A stretch of DNA of 64,000 nt from Nitrospirota bacterium (GTDB lineage: Bacteria; Nitrospirota; Thermodesulfovibrionia; UBA6902): the NCBI GenBank assembly GCA_016234115.1, contig JACRHD010000021.1, forward strand, positions 26,185 through 90,184, given 5' to 3'. This document shows positions 58,613-64,000 of the stretch, one piece after another; the first letter of the stretch is position 1, and the number at the start of each line of letters is the position of its first letter. The notes beneath the pieces are model-generated. The model searched no databases and was not told where the DNA came from. It saw only the letters and a program-made list of their open reading frames with translations. The translations under genes and the position numbers were made by a program.

Positions 58613-60001
58613 TCAGTTTCCGTTCAGGGCCACAGCCATATTTTTCTTGTTTGACCAGCTCCTGATTTTGCCGAGGGTCCCATGAATCCCTCTGGCGCTT
58701 ATCATAAGGTAAAACGGGATTATCGGGACTTTATATCTGGAAGACCCGACGATACCGGTTATATTTGCAAAATAAAATATTATCAGCAACAAAAACATGG
58801 AGTATATTTTGGGGTCTGTTTCCCTGTCTTTGAAGTAAATCATAAACAGTCCGGTGAGGAAAAAAGAGTACGCCGCCAAATTTTCCGTTACTGAAACGAG
58901 ATAATATCCGTCATTAAGCTTTCTGAGAAATCTGTCGACAAAACTTTCCGACAACGGGCGTCTCCTTGTCTCCGTGCTGTCTTTCTCTATTCCAAATAAG
59001 CGCGTCACCTCTTCTTCGGCCGTCCCCAAAAACATCATGGCTACGCCCTTTATGTGAAAGCGCAAATATTCCAGGGGATGCCCGGAGATGTATTCAAGAG
59101 CGCTTTTTTTCAGTACCTTTGATTTTTCGAATGGGTTCTTTATGCCTTCCACGGTCGCCAAAAAGTCCTTCTTTACAGCTTCCGTGCTTTTATTTTCAAG
59201 ATTGGCTTTTACTATCGTCGCATTGAAATTGGACAGTGTGAAACCGTCGATAAACGTTAAAGAGTAGTGCCCGTAGGTCTGCAGATTTCGCATCTGCCAG
59301 GGAGACAGGACTGCGAAAAACGTCAACAATAATGCGGCAATAATATACACCTTCCGAAGCGGTTTGATTTTTTGCAATAGCAGGACGAAGGCAACAAGAA
59401 AGGAGAAATATAACAGGATCGGCCGGACGAGAGTAGCTGTTCCCATAACAAAACCCACCAGGGCGAATCTCCATAATCTGTTTGCCTTTACAGCGTGAAT
59501 AAGAAGCAGGATTGAAAGAGAAAAAATGAATGTAAACAGGGTTTCATTACAGAATTGCTGCGTAAGAATAATCGACAAAACACTCATGGAATACAGGAGG
59601 GCCGAGATCAGAGGAATTGCTTTGTCCTGAAATATCTCCTTTGAAATCAAATAAATAATGACTACTGTCCCGACATCCAGCAAGACCTGGAAAACCGGCA
59701 CAAGCCATATCTTGGCGCCGAAAATAATATAGATCAGCGCGATGAATAAGGGATAGCCCGGAGTATATTTATCCGACGTCCAGTGTTCCACGCCGTAAGA
59801 AAAATCAAACTTCTCGGCAAAAGACAAGGCCATCTCATTAAATTTCTGGTCATCGATCAGCAGTACCGGTTCGCCCCAGGGTTGCGCCAGTATTAATGCC
59901 GCTGTCCTCAAAAACAGCGCAAAAAGGACAATCAGTATAAGTTTTTTGTCGGACACTTCCCTGAATAAATTACCGGTCTGACGACATTCCCCTCTCTGCA
60001 T
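58613..60001 (-). CDS. ArnT/PMT-like GT-C membrane glycosyltransferase
   Basis: DD..F...A, PGYPLF, ETLF, TLVRP, PW..RN, C-terminal RY..P. Confidence 0.78.
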   Translation of the reverse strand: MQRGECRQTGNLFREVSDKKLILIVLFALFLRTAALILAQPWGEPVLLIDDQKFNEMALSFAEKFDFSYGVEHWTSDKYTPGYPLFIALIYIIFGAKIWLVPVFQVLLDVGTVVIIYLISKEIFQDKAIPLISALLYSMSVLSIILTQQFCNETLFTFIFSLSILLLIHAVKANRLWRFALVGFVMGTATLVRPILLYFSFLVAFVLLLQKIKPLRKVYIIAALLLTFFAVLSPWQMRNLQTYGHYSLTFIDGFTLSNFNATIVKANLENKSTEAVKKDFLATVEGIKNPFEKSKVLKKSALEYISGHPLEYLRFHIKGVAMMFLGTAEEEVTRLFGIEKDSTETRRRPLSESFVDRFLRKLNDGYYLVSVTENLAAYSFFLTGLFMIYFKDRETDPKIYSMFLLLIIFYFANITGIVGSSRYKVPIIPFYLMISARGIHGTLGKIRSWSNKKNMAVALNGN

Positions 60002-60024
60002 AACAGGCCTCCATTAAATTTTTC

Positions 60025-61434
60025 CTATATAAATTTTATCTTCCACATGGCAAAAAAGGTCATCCTTAAAAGGAGCAACCCGTGTCTGAAGCGGCTGATC
60101 TGGGTTGTCCCATAGGTCCGATCACGGTACTTAATGGGAATTTCTACGATCTTTAAATTGAGTTTTGCCGCTCCGAACAACAGATCGAAGTCTCCGAAGG
60201 GATCAAAATCTCCAAAGTATTCCCTGCCGGCGATTATCTTATTGTAATCTTCCCTCCACAGGACTTTGGTGCCGCACAAGGTGTCTCTTATGCGCTGCTC
60301 AAGCAGATAGGTAAAAGCCCTGCTGAAAAACTTGTTGCCTAACAGGTTTAAAAAGCGCATGGCCTGTTTTTCCATCTGGTAGACCAGTCTTGAGCCATTG
60401 ATAAACTCGCCCTTACCCCGTGCGATGGCGTCAAAAAACTTCGGCAGGTCTTCCGGGGGAACGGTCAGGTCGGCATCCAGAATCATTAAGACATCATTTT
60501 TGGCCTGAGAAAATCCTTTCCGGACCGCGTCTCCCTTGCCTTTACCGTCCTGTACCAGAACAGTAATGTCTCTCGAGGCATATTTGTCTTTTACTCTTTC
60601 GCATTCGGCCAGCGTCCCGTCCTGAGAATGGCCTTCAACGAAAATGATCTCCGTGTGCGCGCCCATATCGGGGATCCTTGACACAGCCTGCTCTATATTC
60701 CCTTTTTCGTTCCGGCAGGGGACTATAACCGAACATGTTACCTCGTCAGGAGATTTCCTCCTTTCAACGGGCCGGGCAATCAATACCTCATTTACGGAAA
60801 GCTTCCAGAAAAAAGGCATGTTTGCGAGGAACTTATTGAATAGGACTGAAATGAAAGGGACATAGACAGGCAATAAAAAACGGTAACCCTTTTTGATTAC
60901 CTCGAATTCGCTCAGATAAAGTAAATTCGAGATATCGTCAAGGGGGAGCCAATGCTTCAGGGGCCGTTTCATTCTCAGGGACATGCGCTCCGCAAATTTC
61001 AGTACAGGTTCCCACAGATAATTGTAATAAACGACAATTAACCGCGTTTCGGGCCCGCAGACTTTTTGAAGTTCGGTGAATGCCAGTTGAATATCCTCGA
61101 CATACCCGATAGTCTCATCAAGCACCACATAATCGAATTTTTCCTTTACCTGCAAATTTTCAAGATCACCCACCTGAAATTCGAGGTGAGGATAGTTTTT
61201 TCCGGCGGCATCAATCATTCGGGGGCTTATGTCGATGCCGACTCCCCTGCCCGTATCCAGCCCTGCCAGCAATTCCCCGGTCCCGCAGCCGACTTCAAGA
61301 ACGGACGACCCCGGCGGAATTAAAAACCGCAGATATTTCTCGAGCTCCTTCTGATAATAGGCCCAGCGTTTCTTCCATTTTTTCCTTTCCGCGGCTACGG
61401 AATCGAAATATTCAATTTTTTCGGTTTTCGTCAA
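60025..61434 (-). CDS. SAM methyltransferase domain fused to GT2 (polyprenol-P glycosyltransferase-like)
   Basis: VLEVGCGTG; then VPCRNE.GNI, GKGDAVR.G, ILDADL, DTLCGTK. Confidence 0.85.
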   Translation of the reverse strand: MTKTEKIEYFDSVAAERKKWKKRWAYYQKELEKYLRFLIPPGSSVLEVGCGTGELLAGLDTGRGVGIDISPRMIDAAGKNYPHLEFQVGDLENLQVKEKFDYVVLDETIGYVEDIQLAFTELQKVCGPETRLIVVYYNYLWEPVLKFAERMSLRMKRPLKHWLPLDDISNLLYLSEFEVIKKGYRFLLPVYVPFISVLFNKFLANMPFFWKLSVNEVLIARPVERRKSPDEVTCSVIVPCRNEKGNIEQAVSRIPDMGAHTEIIFVEGHSQDGTLAECERVKDKYASRDITVLVQDGKGKGDAVRKGFSQAKNDVLMILDADLTVPPEDLPKFFDAIARGKGEFINGSRLVYQMEKQAMRFLNLLGNKFFSRAFTYLLEQRIRDTLCGTKVLWREDYNKIIAGREYFGDFDPFGDFDLLFGAAKLNLKIVEIPIKYRDRTYGTTQISRFRHGLLLLRMTFFAMWKIKFI

Positions 61435-61477
61435 TTCGGTCAGCCTCCTGAGTTGAAGGGGTCAATAAAATATCGCT

Positions 61478-62980
61478 TCAATTAAAATACGCTTCTTTGT
61501 GCTTGTTATTATATGCGGTAACAACCAATTTGAGGGCATTCATTGTTTTTCTCGCAAAGATTCTCGGCGTCATATTCTTCCAGGCTTCCACCCTGAAATT
61601 TTCCCTTAAAACTCTTCTTAGCGTAGTATTAAAATAAATAAATTTTGTTGTACATTGGGCCCCGAAATCATCCATTTTCTCCCTGATGTCTTCAGGCGTC
61701 AAATGCTCGGTATAGAACGGAAGGGTCCTGTAAAGGGGAGAGGCGATATGGAGTCTGTCGTCATTTTTATATGGCCTGAACCAGTTGAAGTCCCCCGGCA
61801 GGATATTTTTTTCGAGCGCGATTTTGTAAAGGGCCGTGTCCGGCAATATCCTTGTGGTCTGCATCCCCGCGCTGTAGACGTATTTCGACATCCTTTTTAC
61901 AAAATTTATCGTCACATCTACGTCTTCACGCGTCTCGCCCGGCAGACTTATCATGCAGAAAAGATATAGTTTGATCCCGAGGCTGTGCGCCTCTTTGCAA
62001 AAATTTTCGACCTGATCGAGATTGATCCTCTTGCTTATTGCTTCCAGGACCCTGGGAGAGCCGCTCTCAAGGCCTACCGCGGCCGAGACCATTCCGGCTT
62101 TTTTCATCAATTTCAGAAGGGAAATGTCCACGTTCACCCTGCTGTAGCAGTGCCAGCGGATATTCAATTTCCTCTCTATGATTTTTTCGCACAGGGCAGT
62201 AATGAATTTCTTGTTGTATGTCAGCGACGAATCGTCGAACCGTATGTTCCTTATGCCGGTGGTGTCGATCTTCGCCCCGATCTCTTCAATTATGCTGTCT
62301 ATGCTCCTGAACCTTACCTGCCTGCGGCCGAGGCTGCAATAGACGCAGTTGTAAGGACATCCCCTTGTGGTATAAATGCTGAAATAGAGATTTTTCTTGT
62401 CGAGCTTTGAATTGGCGAGATATATTTTTTTATCAAGCTCATTTTTATCATAGCTGCGGAACCTGTTTATGTCCCTTTCAACCGGTCTGTCCGGATTATG
62501 GATTACTTCCTTCCCGTCCCTGTATGAAAGCCCCGGAATGCCGGCGTAACCGGCGTTGTCGCGGACCGAATCGCATATTTCCTTGAAGGTGATCTCTCCT
62601 TCGCCCCTTACGACTATATCGACCTCCGGCAGCTCCCGCAAGGTCTCTTCCGGCAGAAAACCGAAGTGCCTGCCGCCGACGACTATCAGGCTGCCGGGTA
62701 TGTCCTTCCTGACCCGGCGTATAAGGTCGTAGGCGTGAAACCGCTCCCTCGTATACCCGGTGACGCCGATTACCGGTCTTTCGTCCTCCTTTAATTTCGC
62801 GATGACCTCATTCAGGTCCCTGTCATACTGGGCGCAATTGATTATCTCCGCCTGATATCCGTTGTCGACCAGATAGTATTTGATGTACCCCAGACTGGTT
62901 TCAGGGTCGATATACCTTTCTTCGACCCACGGGGAAAGTAAATATATTTTGTTCATCTGTCCTTCTCTCCCTTTCTGCAA
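61478..62980 (-). CDS. Cobalamin-dependent radical SAM protein
   Basis: VGGRH, RGEGE, TRGCPYNCVYC, GLESGS. Start may be ATG 62956. Confidence 0.9.
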   Translation of the reverse strand: MQKGREGQMNKIYLLSPWVEERYIDPETSLGYIKYYLVDNGYQAEIINCAQYDRDLNEVIAKLKEDERPVIGVTGYTRERFHAYDLIRRVRKDIPGSLIVVGGRHFGFLPEETLRELPEVDIVVRGEGEITFKEICDSVRDNAGYAGIPGLSYRDGKEVIHNPDRPVERDINRFRSYDKNELDKKIYLANSKLDKKNLYFSIYTTRGCPYNCVYCSLGRRQVRFRSIDSIIEEIGAKIDTTGIRNIRFDDSSLTYNKKFITALCEKIIERKLNIRWHCYSRVNVDISLLKLMKKAGMVSAAVGLESGSPRVLEAISKRINLDQVENFCKEAHSLGIKLYLFCMISLPGETREDVDVTINFVKRMSKYVYSAGMQTTRILPDTALYKIALEKNILPGDFNWFRPYKNDDRLHIASPLYRTLPFYTEHLTPEDIREKMDDFGAQCTTKFIYFNTTLRRVLRENFRVEAWKNMTPRIFARKTMNALKLVVTAYNNKHKEAYFN

Positions 62981-62984
62981 GCTG

Positions 62985-63893
62985 TCACAATGTTCCTTTT
63001 GCTGAAGCGCCCATAATATGCCGCTGCCTCGGGCAAGGCGCGCCCTGGGACTTACCCGGAAGCGGTTTCAGCAGATATTCCCTGAAGCCTAATTCACCCG
63101 CGGGCGCCCCGTTCATGTCCAGTATCCCGTATCCCACGCCTTCTATGATATTCTTCAGATTGTCCACTGAATCGCCCAACAATTGCAGGTGCCTCGGGTG
63201 GACGCTCAGGACAATGACGGGCCGGTGGTTTCTCAATACATTTTCAGCGCCGCGCAATACCCCTGATTCAGCGCCCTCGACGTCTATCTTTATGATCTCA
63301 GGGATTATGTCATGATCCGCGCAAAAGTCGTCTATGCTTACCTGGTCTTTATACGTGATACTGTACGTATCGTCGCCTTTATAGCGGGCTATGGAGTTCA
63401 TCCCGGTCACTTCATATGATTCATGGAACGGGACATTCGCCCGGCTTTTGTCGCCCACAAGGTGCGGCAGCAATTTAACATTGTCTATATTGTTGTAGGC
63501 CAGATTTTTCGACAGGCGGTCCATATTTGTCTTTGAAGGCTCAAATGCATACACAACGCCGCCTTCCCCGATCACCCTGCTGACCGGCATCGAGCAGAGC
63601 CCGACATGAGCGCCGACGTCGAATACCACTTTTCTGCCTTCGCACATCTTCAGGAGGACCTGAAACGCGTTGTTGTGGCCCGTTCCCCAGCTTTGAAAAT
63701 CAGAGAAGGCAAAGGTGTAATCGAACCTGAAGGCCCCCCCCGCGCCTATATTTTTATTTATGCCCTTTCCCCTGGTCGCTATTTTAAGGGCCGTCATATA
63801 CGCGCGCTTCAGCAGGGTCTTAAACCCCTTATGCCTTTGCAGCAGCTCGCTTCCCTGCAGCAACTTTATTGATGAATTGAGCACGGTCATCAT
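62985..63893 (-). CDS. FkbM-family methyltransferase
   Basis: FDVGAHVG, AFEP, IKIDVEGAE..VL.G. Confidence 0.9.
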   Translation of the reverse strand: MMTVLNSSIKLLQGSELLQRHKGFKTLLKRAYMTALKIATRGKGINKNIGAGGAFRFDYTFAFSDFQSWGTGHNNAFQVLLKMCEGRKVVFDVGAHVGLCSMPVSRVIGEGGVVYAFEPSKTNMDRLSKNLAYNNIDNVKLLPHLVGDKSRANVPFHESYEVTGMNSIARYKGDDTYSITYKDQVSIDDFCADHDIIPEIIKIDVEGAESGVLRGAENVLRNHRPVIVLSVHPRHLQLLGDSVDNLKNIIEGVGYGILDMNGAPAGELGFREYLLKPLPGKSQGAPCPRQRHIMGASAKGTL

Positions 63894-63898
63894 AATTA

Positions 63899-64000
63899 TC
63901 AGCCCCTTGCCAGGACCACGTCCCTGACCCCTCCCAGTTCACACACCAGGCGGACCGCGTCCGCTGCCGAAACGTCCCGGTATACGCCCTGGTAGTGGTC
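63899..64000 (-). CDS. C-terminal end of an upstream CDS (partial)
   Basis: Open frame ...DHYQGVYRDVSAADAVRLVCELGGVRDVVLARG* ending just before the FkbM start. Confidence 0.5.
   Translation of the reverse strand, partial: DHYQGVYRDVSAADAVRLVCELGGVRDVVLARG

Overview
This window is gene-dense bacterial chromosome from an anaerobe. Gene content and style suggest Thermodesulfovibrionia-like Nitrospirota or Desulfobacterota (inference only). 1-10.5 kb: housekeeping genes (partial nifU, archease-rtcB, mqnA, ald, rdgB, pdxA, MFS). 10.7-20.5 kb: a minus-strand operon for a probable flavin-based electron-bifurcating HydABC/Bfu-type complex followed by hypF. Its large subunit lacks the Mo-binding Cys, its NuoE subunit is fused to a response-regulator receiver, and it is preceded by a receiver fused to a lysine-less GcvH-like domain and a stand-alone HATPase. 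20.8-34.5 kb: a frameshifted toxin-antitoxin pair under a 34-bp perfect palindrome, apgM, lolD/lolE, lysS, zapAB, slt, three tRNAs and porCDAB. 34.7-64 kb: a large surface-polysaccharide locus with group-4-capsule-like export and many tailoring enzymes (two B12 radical SAMs, three methyltransferase domains, AsnB, GT-C). Many gene junctions carry short palindromic elements from several families: 7-10-mer tandem arms, REP-like hairpins and a MITE-like element. Two of these sit in-frame inside mqnA and archease. No CRISPR array, rRNA, transposase or reverse transcriptase was seen. All calls come from reading motifs by eye; no searches were run.
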